This document shows positions 10,418 through 18,938 of a stretch of DNA of 64,000 nucleotides, piece after piece. Position numbers and translations under genes: made by a program. This DNA comes from Pirellulales bacterium (GTDB lineage Bacteria; Planctomycetota; Planctomycetia; Pirellulales; PLA5). A model generated the notes under the pieces. It was not told the origin of the DNA and made no database searches. It worked only from the letters and a program-made list of their open reading frames with translations. The stretch lies in the NCBI GenBank assembly GCA_040901705.1, contig JBBDYI010000290.1:18686-82685 (forward strand). The letters are read 5' to 3'. Each line of letters begins with the position of its first letter. The stretch's first letter is position 1.

Positions 10418-11662
10418 TTAAGCTTCGACCGGCAAACTATCTTCGACGGCGCTTGCCGGCAGCGTCATCACGATCGTCGTGCCCCGCCCCGGTTCGCTCA
10501 TTACCGCGATCTGTCCGCCGTGGTCGGTGACGATCCGCCATGCAACGCAGAGGCCGAAGCCGAGACCGCGTCCCGCTTCGCGGCCGGAGAAGAATGGGTC
10601 GAACAGATGGGCCTGCTCGCGGGGCGTGAAGCCGGGGCCGTCGTCGACGACGGTTATTTCGACCATCTGCTCGACGAGACCGTCCGCGTTGGTGCGGCTG
10701 GGAACTTGCTTGGGAATTTGACCGCGACTTTGGCTGGGAATCCGGCGGCCAAGCTGGCGGCGAAATTCGCCGGGGCGTTCTTCGGTCGCGGCGGAGTTGA
10801 GTGCGGCGGCGGAAACGATCCTGGCATCGACGTCGACGTTGCCGCCGGCCGCCACGGCTTCGATGGCGTTGCGAACGACGGATTTGACGGCGACGCCGAG
10901 TTGCGCCGCGTCGACGGTGACCGGCAGCGGAGTTTCGCCGACCCCACATGCGAGCCGTGTGGCTTGAGCGGCGGCCATTGCCGAGAGCTCTTCGACGACG
11001 CGGCGGACGACGGCGGCGGCGTCGAGTTGGGAAACGACGAGTTGCGGCGGTCGGGCGAAGAGCATCAGGTCGGCGATCATTTCGTGCGCCCGCATCGCCT
11101 GACGATTGATCGTGGCGAGCATGCGTCGCCGCTCGGCGGCGGTTTCGTCGCGGAGCAGCGTTTGCGCTCGGGCCGAGATATTGGCGAGCGGATTGTTGAT
11201 CTCGTGGCCCGCACCGTAGGCGAATTCCTTGAGGGCGTCGACCTTGGCGGCGGCCAGCGCGTCGTCGAAGGATCGCTGGTCCGCGTCTTGCTGGGCAAAT
11301 TGCCGGGCGACTGCGGCCAATCGCGTCCGCCACGCTTCGTTCAGGGGAAGCTGGCCGGCGTCGGACGAATTGTTCGCCGGCTCAGCGGAGAGCGCGAGTA
11401 GGAAATCGGCGAGGCGTTCGGCGACGCGCGCGTCGAGATTTGCGTCCGCGTTGGCGACGCGGCCGGCCGTTCGTGGATCGTCGTTGCCCGCCGCCCAATG
11501 TTCGGCCCAGCGTTGTAGAGCGGCGTCGCCGGCGAGAGCGCGCTGCACGAGTTCGCGGCGTCGCCGAACGTCAATGCAAAACGCCGCGTCGAGCAACGTC
11601 GACGCGGCGTCTTCGTCGTTTGGTTTTCTCGCGCCGGTCTTTGTGCGAGGCGCTTTAGCCAT
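10418..11662 (-). CDS. Soluble sensor histidine kinase (HisKA + HATPase_c)
   Basis: 414 aa. H-box EFAYGAGHEINNPLANISARAQTL. G-boxes VVDDGPGF and GRGLGFGL...GGQIAV...GRGTTIV. No predicted TM segment. About 45 aa of extra sequence lies between the N-box and the G1-box. Confidence 0.88.
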   Translation of the reverse strand: MAKAPRTKTGARKPNDEDAASTLLDAAFCIDVRRRRELVQRALAGDAALQRWAEHWAAGNDDPRTAGRVANADANLDARVAERLADFLLALSAEPANNSSDAGQLPLNEAWRTRLAAVARQFAQQDADQRSFDDALAAAKVDALKEFAYGAGHEINNPLANISARAQTLLRDETAAERRRMLATINRQAMRAHEMIADLMLFARPPQLVVSQLDAAAVVRRVVEELSAMAAAQATRLACGVGETPLPVTVDAAQLGVAVKSVVRNAIEAVAAGGNVDVDARIVSAAALNSAATEERPGEFRRQLGRRIPSQSRGQIPKQVPSRTNADGLVEQMVEITVVDDGPGFTPREQAHLFDPFFSGREAGRGLGFGLCVAWRIVTDHGGQIAVMSEPGRGTTIVMTLPASAVEDSLPVEA

Positions 11663-11690
11663 GAGTCATTCGCGTGCCGGTCGTGCGGCG

Positions 11691-11777
11691 GGGTGGCGCG
11701 GGCGGCTCGTCCACCCGTGCCGCAATTTGACTCACCGCGAACGCTCGGCACGGGCGGACGAGCCACCCGCGCCACCC
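11691..11777. repeat. Long inverted repeat (32-bp arms, 30/32 paired) filling the regulator-kinase intercistronic spacer
   Basis: Left arm gggtggcgcgggcggctcgtccacccgtgccg (11691-11722). Right arm cggcacgggcggacgagccacccgcgccaccc (11746-11777). 23-nt loop. It starts 11 nt after the upstream (regulator) stop and ends 29 nt before the kinase start, counted in the minus-strand sense. Confidence 0.8.
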
Positions 11778-11787
11778 TTGGCGAGCC

Positions 11788-12369
11788 TTATGCGATGACC
11801 GGCTTTTCGATGTCCAGCAATGCACAGACCCGTTCCAACAGCGCGTCGACCTCGAACGGCTTCCGCATGAAGTCGTCCGCGCCGGCGGCTTGCAGGTCCT
11901 TGACCTTTTCGTCCTCGACCATGCCGGAAATGCAGATGATCTTCACGTCGTCGGTCGTCTTGTCGCTGCGGACACGTTGGCAAACTTCCTTGCCGTTGAT
12001 ATCGGGCAGCATCACGTCCAGGACGATCGTGTCGGGGCGATATTCCTTGACCAACATGCCGGCGTCGAAGCCGTTGTTGGCCGTCTTGATTTCGAATCGG
12101 CCGTCCCGCTCGAACACGTCGCTGATCAGTTCGACCAACTCTTGATCGTCGTCGACGATCAGGATTTTGCGTTTGCCGCTTTCCAGCGCGTCGGTCGGGA
12201 TGCCGTTGTCGCGCATAAAGTGCATCAGTTCGGCCCGCGGGATGCGGCGGAAACGGCTCCCCGGCACGCGAAATCCCTTGAGCTGGCCGGAGTCGAAGCA
12301 GCGGATAATCGTCTGCTGGCTGACCTTGCAGATTTTCGCCGCTTCGCCCGTCGTAAAGACCGTTTTCAT
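11788..12369 (-). CDS. Response regulator with N-terminal excisionase/MerR-type HTH followed by a receiver domain
   Basis: 193 aa. HTH TTGEAAKICKVSQQTIIRCFDSGQLKGFRVPGSRFRRIPRAEL, then receiver KILIVDDD...IVLDVMLPDINGKEV...FMRKPF. Confidence 0.85.
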   Translation of the reverse strand: MKTVFTTGEAAKICKVSQQTIIRCFDSGQLKGFRVPGSRFRRIPRAELMHFMRDNGIPTDALESGKRKILIVDDDQELVELISDVFERDGRFEIKTANNGFDAGMLVKEYRPDTIVLDVMLPDINGKEVCQRVRSDKTTDDVKIICISGMVEDEKVKDLQAAGADDFMRKPFEVDALLERVCALLDIEKPVIA

Positions 12370-12915
12370 GCGATTGCTCTCCCTAGCCTTGGAAATGCCC
12401 TTTCTGGGCGGGTGGCTCGTCTCCGGTCAGACGTGAAGAACGTCCGGCGACGGCGCTTGACTCCTCGAAACACGACAACAGGTCATCCTTGCCGCTGCGG
12501 TCGCCGGGGAGAGCGAATTCGCTCACGACGGCGGGCCGTGCGTGTTCTCCTCACGTTAGGGCATTCCGAAGCGAGCGACTGGCGACTCCGCCCCGTATGC
12601 CCCGAGGCCGCAAAAGCATCATCCTGCGGCGCTCGCATAACCGGCAATTTCGCCCGCTTCTACCAAGCTTGCCGGAATTGCCGTACACGCGAATTATAGC
12701 CATCTTCCAAAACGAGTCAACATCGGTATTCGTGTCGTAACTCGTTGTGAAATATCGCGTTACGCGAATTGCAATAAGGTGGGTCGAGCGTCAAAGTGCG
12801 ACGATGGGGCAATTTCGTCGCCGCAGCGACCGGCGATCCACGAGTGGTTTGGCTCGTGCTTGACGCCCGAATTAGCGATCGCCGGGTCGACGAAACGTAG
12901 CCGGAGCGATGCCGA

Positions 12916-15771
12916 TCATGAACGCGCCGGCGCGGCTTTTTCCGCCAGTTCGTCCTGCCAGGCCTTGAGCTTGGCCAACGCGGCCATCGGCGTCAGGTCG
13001 TCGATGTCCAGCTCGCGCAGCTCGTCGAGCAACGGGTGCTCGGCGGGGCCGAACAGCGTGAGTTGGATATCTCCGGCGCGGCGGCGGTCGGCCCGCGCCA
13101 GCTTCGAGCGGCCGTCGCGGTCGAGATGCTCGTCTTCGAGTTGGGCGAGGATTTGCTTGGCCCGTTCGTTCACTCTACGCGGCACGCCGGCCAGTCGCGC
13201 GACGTGGATGCCGTAGCTCTTGTCGGCCGCGCCGCCGATGATCTTATGCAGGAACACAACGTCGTCCTGCCATTCGCGGACCGCCACGTTCAAGTTTCGC
13301 ACGCCGGCGAGCGAATCGGCCAGTTCCGTCAGTTCGTGATAGTGCGTGGCGAACAGCGTCCGGCAGCCGACGGCGTCGTGCAGGTGCTCGACGATCGCCC
13401 AGGCCAGCGCCAAGCCGTCGTAAGTGCTTGTGCCGCGGCCGATTTCGTCGAGGATCACCAGACTACGCGGCGTGGCGTTGTGGAGAATCCGCGCCGTCTC
13501 GGTCATCTCGACCATGAACGTGCTCTGGCCGCGCGACAACTCATCGCTCGCGCCGACGCGGGCGAAAATTCGGTCGGCCACGCCGATCGTCGCACATTTC
13601 GCCGGCACGAAACTGCCGGCCTGGGCCATCAGCGTCAGCAGGGCGACCTGGCGGATGTAGGTGCTCTTGCCGGCCATGTTCGGACCGGTGATGAGCAGAA
13701 TCCTCGCCGACGCTTTTTCGTCCGCGCCATACGCCATCCCGTTACCGGCGCTACGGATACGGCGCGAATTCGTGCCGGAAAAATGCGGCGATGGCGGCGC
13801 GATGCCGGTGCCGTTTGGGTCGCCGTTGGAGTCGCTTGCCGCGTCGAGTCGGCGAAGAGATTCGCCTGCCACCGTTTCGGCTTCTTCGCCGGATTCGGCC
13901 GATTTCGCGCTGCCGGCTATCTCTTCGATCCCAGCCAGCGTATCGTTCGGTACGAACGTCCCCGCCGCCTCGGTGACGTCGAGCACCGGATGCCGGCCGT
14001 CGATGATGTTGAGCATCGGCTCCTCAACGACGACCGGCCGGCAGTACCCTCGCTCGCGGGCCAGCGAAGCCAGCGCCGAAAGCACGTCGATCTCCGCCAG
14101 AGCGGCCGCGGTCGATTGCAGCGATCTGCCCGTCGCCTGCACGGCGTCGCGCAATTGCACGAACAGCTCGTATTCCAGTTCCTTGGCGTTCTCGTCCGCC
14201 GACAGCACTTTCTCCTCATACTCCTTCAACTCCGGCGTGATGTACCGTTCGGAGTTCTTGATCGTCTGTTTGCGGATGTAGTGCTGCGGCACTTTGTCGC
14301 GATGCGTGTTCGTCACCTCCAGGTAATAGCCGAACACCTTGTTGAAGCCGACCTTCAGGCTCGTGATGCCGCTCGTGGCGATCTGTTCGGCCTGATACGC
14401 GGCGATCCATTTCTTGCCGCCGACGGTCAAGTCGCGCAATTCGTCGAGTCGCTCGTTGAAGCCGCCGCGAATGAAGCCGCCGTCGCGCGGCGAAAGCGGG
14501 CAGTCGTCCGCCAGCGCCGCGTCGAGCTTTGCGCGGAGGTCCGGACAGAGGTCGAGCTGCGCTTCGAGCCGCGCGAGCAGCACGCTCTTGCGTCCGGCGA
14601 GTTTCGCTTTCAAGCTCGGCAGCCCGCGCAGCGTCCGGCCGATGAAGCTCAAGTCGCGCGGACTTGCCCGGCCGGTCGTGACGCGGGCCAGCAGCCGCTG
14701 GAGGTCGTATACCTTTTTTAGCTGCTCGGCCAGCGCCGTGGTCAGCGCCGCATCGGCGACCAGTTCCGCCACGGCGTCGAGCCGTTCGTCGATCGACTTG
14801 ACGTCGGTGAGCGGCGCCGCGAGCCACTCGGCCAACCGCCGCGAACCCATCGGCGTCGCCGTGCGATCCATCACGGCGAGCAGCGACCCGTCGCGGCGGC
14901 CATCGCGCATCGTGCGCGTGATTTCCAGGCTCCGCCACGTGGCCTCGTCGATTTCCAGCGAATTGCCCGGCCGATACGGCGCGAGGTGGTCGATATGCGC
15001 GAGCGAGGCCTTCTGCGTTTCGGCCAGGTAATCGAGCACCGCGCCGGCCGCGCGAATTGCCGGTCCGTCGGCCTCGCCGAATCCAAACCCGTCGAGCGAC
15101 TTGGTGGCGAAGTGTTTGGTGAGCGTATCCGTAGCCGAGGCGAGTGCAAACGCCCAGGCCGGTCGCCGCGTGACGGTCAGTTCTTCCGCCACGTGTCGCG
15201 GCAACGGCTCGGCCTCTTCGGCGAGCAAACATTCCGCCGCGCCGATGCGGGCCAGTTCGTCGGCCAATCGCCGCGGTTCGATCACGGCCGCCTGAAACCG
15301 CCCGGTCGACAATTCGACCCACGCCAGCCCCATCGCGGCCGGCCCGGCAGTTGGCGTCGCTTTCTTTGCCGTCACCGAATCGACCACAACCGCGGCCAGG
15401 AAGTTGCTTTCGCGCGGATCGAGCAACGCATCGTCGGTCAGCGTGCCCGGCGTGACGATCCGCGTCACCTCGCGGCGGACCAGACCCTTGGCCTTCTTCG
15501 GGTCTTCGACTTGATCGCAAATGCCGACGCGATAGCCGCACTTGATCAGCTTGCCGAGGTAGTTTTCGAGCTGATGATAGGGAAAGCCGGCCATCGCCGT
15601 GGCGCCTTCGCCTTTTTCGCGGCTGGTGAGCGTCAGTCCCAGCACGCGGGCGGCCGTCTTAGCGTCGTCGTGAAACAGTTCGTAGAAATCGCCCATGCGA
15701 AACAGCAGAATCGCCTCGGGACACGCCCGTTTGGCGTCCTCATACTGTTGCATCATCGGCGTAGCAGCCAT
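12916..15771 (-). CDS. mutS: DNA mismatch repair protein MutS
   Basis: Track ORF 12916..15798; start chosen at 15771 (MAATPMMQQYEDAKR, the canonical MutS N-terminus). Walker A ITGPNMAGKSTYIRQ, LVILDEIGRGTSTYDG, FATHYHEL. Confidence 0.95.
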   Translation of the reverse strand: MAATPMMQQYEDAKRACPEAILLFRMGDFYELFHDDAKTAARVLGLTLTSREKGEGATAMAGFPYHQLENYLGKLIKCGYRVGICDQVEDPKKAKGLVRREVTRIVTPGTLTDDALLDPRESNFLAAVVVDSVTAKKATPTAGPAAMGLAWVELSTGRFQAAVIEPRRLADELARIGAAECLLAEEAEPLPRHVAEELTVTRRPAWAFALASATDTLTKHFATKSLDGFGFGEADGPAIRAAGAVLDYLAETQKASLAHIDHLAPYRPGNSLEIDEATWRSLEITRTMRDGRRDGSLLAVMDRTATPMGSRRLAEWLAAPLTDVKSIDERLDAVAELVADAALTTALAEQLKKVYDLQRLLARVTTGRASPRDLSFIGRTLRGLPSLKAKLAGRKSVLLARLEAQLDLCPDLRAKLDAALADDCPLSPRDGGFIRGGFNERLDELRDLTVGGKKWIAAYQAEQIATSGITSLKVGFNKVFGYYLEVTNTHRDKVPQHYIRKQTIKNSERYITPELKEYEEKVLSADENAKELEYELFVQLRDAVQATGRSLQSTAAALAEIDVLSALASLARERGYCRPVVVEEPMLNIIDGRHPVLDVTEAAGTFVPNDTLAGIEEIAGSAKSAESGEEAETVAGESLRRLDAASDSNGDPNGTGIAPPSPHFSGTNSRRIRSAGNGMAYGADEKASARILLITGPNMAGKSTYIRQVALLTLMAQAGSFVPAKCATIGVADRIFARVGASDELSRGQSTFMVEMTETARILHNATPRSLVILDEIGRGTSTYDGLALAWAIVEHLHDAVGCRTLFATHYHELTELADSLAGVRNLNVAVREWQDDVVFLHKIIGGAADKSYGIHVARLAGVPRRVNERAKQILAQLEDEHLDRDGRSKLARADRRRAGDIQLTLFGPAEHPLLDELRELDIDDLTPMAALAKLKAWQDELAEKAAPARS

Positions 15772-15827
15772 GCCCTTCTCCCGCGATCCCGCCTGCATTC
15801 CTCCGGCCTGTGCAGCCTACGGGCTAC

Positions 15828-16571
15828 TCACCTCATCAACGGCCTGATCGGCGAGACTGTCGGCGCTTTCTCCGCCGGCTCGCTGGGTGGAGGAATCATC
15901 GGCCAACCCATCACCAGCGCGAGCAAGATGCACACGATCACGTACACCATGTAGTGCATCACGGCGTTGCCGACGTCGAGATCGAAGCTCACCAGCGCGA
16001 TGATGCCGCCGATGATCAGGAACGGCGCGATCACGATCGCCGCCATAATCGGCTCGTCGCCCAGCCGCCGGTATTCGTCCGGCACCAGGGCGTAATACGC
16101 CAGCCAAAGCGCAACGTATCCAACGGAGCATCCCAGCGCCCTGAGGATCACGTCCATGCCGCGGTGCGGTTCGAGCTCGTCGTTGCGGAGAAACGAGTAG
16201 GCGGCGATGGCCAGCGGCGGCGCGATCACCAGCGCTCCCGGCGCGAGCAGCAACCACGGGATATCGGTCTTGTCGTCGTACATCTGCCCGATGACAAACG
16301 CCAGCGCGAACGCCGCCACGACGCCCGCGACGATGCCGCCCAGCGCCACCTTGCTGAGCTTCGTCTCGGTCCGCTGGATCGGCTTGAGAACCAGCTTGCC
16401 CGAGGCGTCCTTCGTGCCCCCGTGGGCCCGGTCGTCGATCTTCACCTGCTGCTCAAGCTTCGGAATCGTGATCGGCTTCTTGCACTTCGGGCAAGGGCCT
16501 TTCTTGCCGGCGAACTTGTCGCTGACTTGAAACCGCGCATGGCAGCTAGGACACGTAACGGGTATCGGCAT
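15828..16571 (-). CDS. Membrane protein with N-terminal zinc-ribbon (MJ0042-type finger)
   Basis: Start chosen at 16571 (MPIPVTCPSCHARFQVSDKFAGKKGPCPKCKKPITIP, CxxC...CxxC). Followed by several hydrophobic helices. Confidence 0.6.
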   Translation of the reverse strand: MPIPVTCPSCHARFQVSDKFAGKKGPCPKCKKPITIPKLEQQVKIDDRAHGGTKDASGKLVLKPIQRTETKLSKVALGGIVAGVVAAFALAFVIGQMYDDKTDIPWLLLAPGALVIAPPLAIAAYSFLRNDELEPHRGMDVILRALGCSVGYVALWLAYYALVPDEYRRLGDEPIMAAIVIAPFLIIGGIIALVSFDLDVGNAVMHYMVYVIVCILLALVMGWPMIPPPSEPAEKAPTVSPIRPLMR

Positions 16572-16684
16572 CGAGCGTCTCGCGGTGGGCGCGGTGCGGG
16601 GACAAAGGGATAGGAAATTCCGAAGCGGACAGCGGCCCACAGAACGTACGCCGCGTCAGTTGCGGCGAACACCTCGTTTGCGTA

Positions 16685-16719
16685 TCCGAACGCACTGCGT
16701 AGGGTGCTCTGCGAGCACC
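16685..16719. repeat. Copy of the GGTGCTC-TGY-GAGCACC mini-hairpin repeat family
   Basis: atccgaacgcactgcgtagggtgctctgcgagcacc is about 85 percent identical to 27177-27212 (atccgaccgcaacctgtagggtgctctgtgagcacc). The core is a 7-bp stem with a 3-nt loop. Confidence 0.7.
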
Positions 16720-17164
16720 ACGCAACCAGCGCCGCCACGCCCAAAGCGCAGACAACCAGCGGCCACCGCCAGCTGCGCTTCGCAAGGCCCCGTTCCGGTC
16801 GAAACCAACTGCCAACGCCAATCGCGGCAAGCTTCCTAGTTTCGCAGACGCTCAGGGCAAGTCAAGCGCTTCGGCCGAGCGGTAGTGGTCTGATTAGTGT
16901 GTTGCGGGCCGGACGACGCCTGATTAACGGTGGCCTGGAAGTCCGCCGGCAAATCCAACCCAACATAATTCAATTGAGCACAATGGCGGCCGCGACACAA
17001 ATGGCAAAAAGGATCGGAAGTGGCTCAAATTGCCAGGCGCGCAAGAACAATCGCGCGAATTCCCTGAAAAATGAGCAGTGACATTACGAAAGAAGGCGAG
17101 TGGCTCACGCTTAATTTTAAGGGGATTGCCTCATCGCACCCGCAAGTGTGCCATGAACAATTCC

Positions 17165-17203
17165 TGGCCTAACGGCGTGCGGGTTCGAGTCCCGTCGGGC
17201 AGC
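17165..17203 (+). pseudogene. tRNA 3'-half remnant (T-arm + acceptor 3' strand)
   Basis: gcggg-ttcgagt-cccgt is a canonical T-arm (GGTTCGAGTCC). It is followed by a 7-nt acceptor strand cgggcag and then c. The upstream sequence gives only a poor D arm and anticodon arm, with no U33 or R37. It ends 14 nt from the stop of the convergent DUF4411 gene. Confidence 0.4.
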
Positions 17204-17216
17204 ATTGCGGAAATCG

Positions 17217-17687
17217 CTAAAACGAGAATTGTTCGGCAACAAGCATGTCTCTGGTCGAGATGCACCCTACGCCTAGTCCCAGGCACACGTCTGGAATCTT
17301 CGGGTCATTTTTGCCACCGCTGCCTTCTTCGCATACCACAGTTGCTCCCCAAATCTGAGCGTGGGCAATTAGCCAAGGGTCAGCCCCCGAGCGTCCAGTG
17401 CCCTTAAGTTTGACAATACGACCATAGTACGTGTCTTGCATTATTGCCTTCAGTGCGAGCACAACATCTTCTGTTGTCTCTCGGACAAATTCGCGTCTCT
17501 GCCTAATCCATGCCAACAACGAATCGTCCTGCTGTTCAATTTCTTCATACACCTCCCGAGGAACAATCGCCCGTCCAGATGTCAGCATGTCTGAAAGGAA
17601 CGTCCAAAACTTCGGCGCAAAGATTGGCTGATAGTGCTTCTGCCAGCCGTTGACGAGAACGCCGGTATCGAGGCAGTATTTAGTCAC
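17217..17687 (-). CDS. DUF4411 family protein (PIN-like nuclease fold)
   Basis: 156 aa. The layout MTKYCLDTGVLVN...REVYEEI...GADPWLIAHAQIWGATVVCEE...KIPDVCLGLGV matches my recollection of DUF4411 (PF14367). The start lies 4 nt after the stop of the ImmA/IrrE gene. Confidence 0.78.
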   Translation of the reverse strand: MTKYCLDTGVLVNGWQKHYQPIFAPKFWTFLSDMLTSGRAIVPREVYEEIEQQDDSLLAWIRQRREFVRETTEDVVLALKAIMQDTYYGRIVKLKGTGRSGADPWLIAHAQIWGATVVCEEGSGGKNDPKIPDVCLGLGVGCISTRDMLVAEQFSF

Positions 17688-17691
17688 TGAT

Positions 17692-18849
17692 TTACTCGCC
17701 CACCAACCGTTTTTCGAGGTCAGGCAAGAACTGGCTTTTCATGCTTAGCAGGTCCGACACGTCAGGCCCCGTTATCCTATCTTCTCTGTACGCCGAAACG
17801 ACCGCTTTTCCGAATCGTCTCCCAACGGTGGAAAGAACAATTGTCGCCTGCTTTATTCTGACTTGATTCCGCCTCTTGTCCTTGCGCCATTCTCCTCGCT
17901 GCCTTAATTCGACGACCAGCCGTTCGTAAATGTGGTGATTGATAAATCCATGCTGCAAGAGTTTTCTAGCGATCACTTCTTGGCTTACTCGATACATGGC
18001 CGCCAGAGACGGCAAAGATTGCTCATACTCCCCGGAGCCACGCTTTGCCACTGCAATAAAATCCTCGCTTGGAACCAGCGCCTCTGCGGCAACGGCATTG
18101 CAAAAAACTTCGATCTTCTCATCATCGGTGTTGGCGGTGCTCTCAATTGCGCGATCCGAGATTCCGGATATGTTAAGCATCACATGCGCCATCTCGTGCA
18201 TTAGGGTGAAGATACGCCCACCAAATCGGTCACGATCATTCACCACCACAATTGGCGCGACCTCGTGTGCCAATGCAAAACCACGCATCTCACTGAGCGG
18301 AACCTTGCGGCTCAGAAATACCGAGACGCCAGCGGCTTCGCATTGTGATCGCCAGTAGCGAAAGGCGGATTGTTTATCCGGCAGGGCTTTTTGTTCTTCA
18401 AGACTGACACCCAACAGGTTTCTAAGTCGCTTGCCAACGTCTATTGGGCTTTCCGTGTAGCTGGAGCGTCCAACAAACGGCAACGGCTCACGGCCATGAG
18501 ATTCGAGATATTCGGCGAGCCATTCCTGGCGGCCCTGTGTGATTCGCGTCCAGTAGGCAAGTTCGCGGGATAGCACGCCCCTATCAGGCGACGGTAGCTT
18601 TCGGAAGTCACGAACCGGATGCCACTGAGGCGGATTTGGTAGATAGAATACGGCAGTCGGGAATCGCAAGAACTTCGCCAACGCCCTAAGCTGCGGTAAT
18701 GTAGGGGTCTGCACGCCAAATTCCCAAAACATGACGTCGCGGTCGGCCAGTGCGAGTTTATCGGCCACTTGCTCTACAGTGACTGCGGCTCGCTCACGAC
18801 ACCACACGATCATGGCCGACTCAGCGTGCGAGGGGATTACTTTAGACAT
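17692..18849 (-). CDS. XRE-type HTH fused to an ImmA/IrrE family zinc metallopeptidase (COG2856)
   Basis: 385 aa. N-terminal HTH region (VTVEQVADKLALADRDVMFWEFGVQTPTLPQLRALAKFL) and HExxH site FTLMHEMAHVMLN, as in ImmA/IrrE. Confidence 0.85.
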   Translation of the reverse strand: MSKVIPSHAESAMIVWCRERAAVTVEQVADKLALADRDVMFWEFGVQTPTLPQLRALAKFLRFPTAVFYLPNPPQWHPVRDFRKLPSPDRGVLSRELAYWTRITQGRQEWLAEYLESHGREPLPFVGRSSYTESPIDVGKRLRNLLGVSLEEQKALPDKQSAFRYWRSQCEAAGVSVFLSRKVPLSEMRGFALAHEVAPIVVVNDRDRFGGRIFTLMHEMAHVMLNISGISDRAIESTANTDDEKIEVFCNAVAAEALVPSEDFIAVAKRGSGEYEQSLPSLAAMYRVSQEVIARKLLQHGFINHHIYERLVVELRQRGEWRKDKRRNQVRIKQATIVLSTVGRRFGKAVVSAYREDRITGPDVSDLLSMKSQFLPDLEKRLVGE

Positions 18850-18938
18850 GCGTGAACCCCCGCAATCCAGCCCATGTCCGGGATACTATGAACCCGCTCC
18901 TGCCTTTCCTTGATAGCGACGACTGACTCTCTAGTCCC

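Noticed and set aside
8746-10530. 594-aa plus-strand ORF overlapping the GH-like gene and the kinase gene end
   Set aside because: It is an alternative frame of the GH-like gene, extremely Arg-rich (RRRR runs), and crosses a convergent gene boundary. Not credible.
16442-16830. Minus-strand ORFs with a hydrophobic stretch (WPLVVCALGVAALVAW), considered as a possible continuation of the truncated gene at the island's right border
   Set aside because: They overlap the better-supported Zn-ribbon membrane gene by more than 100 nt and read straight through a REP-type hairpin (16699-16719). The sequence does not continue the 21355-21459 peptide.
17126-17203. An intact tRNA gene (possible CAA-anticodon fold)
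   Set aside because: The acceptor pairs at only 6/7 positions. The anticodon stem pairs at 4/5, with A at position 33 and T at 37, and the variable region is 11 nt. Only the 3' half is canonical, so I report it as a remnant rather than as a tRNA.
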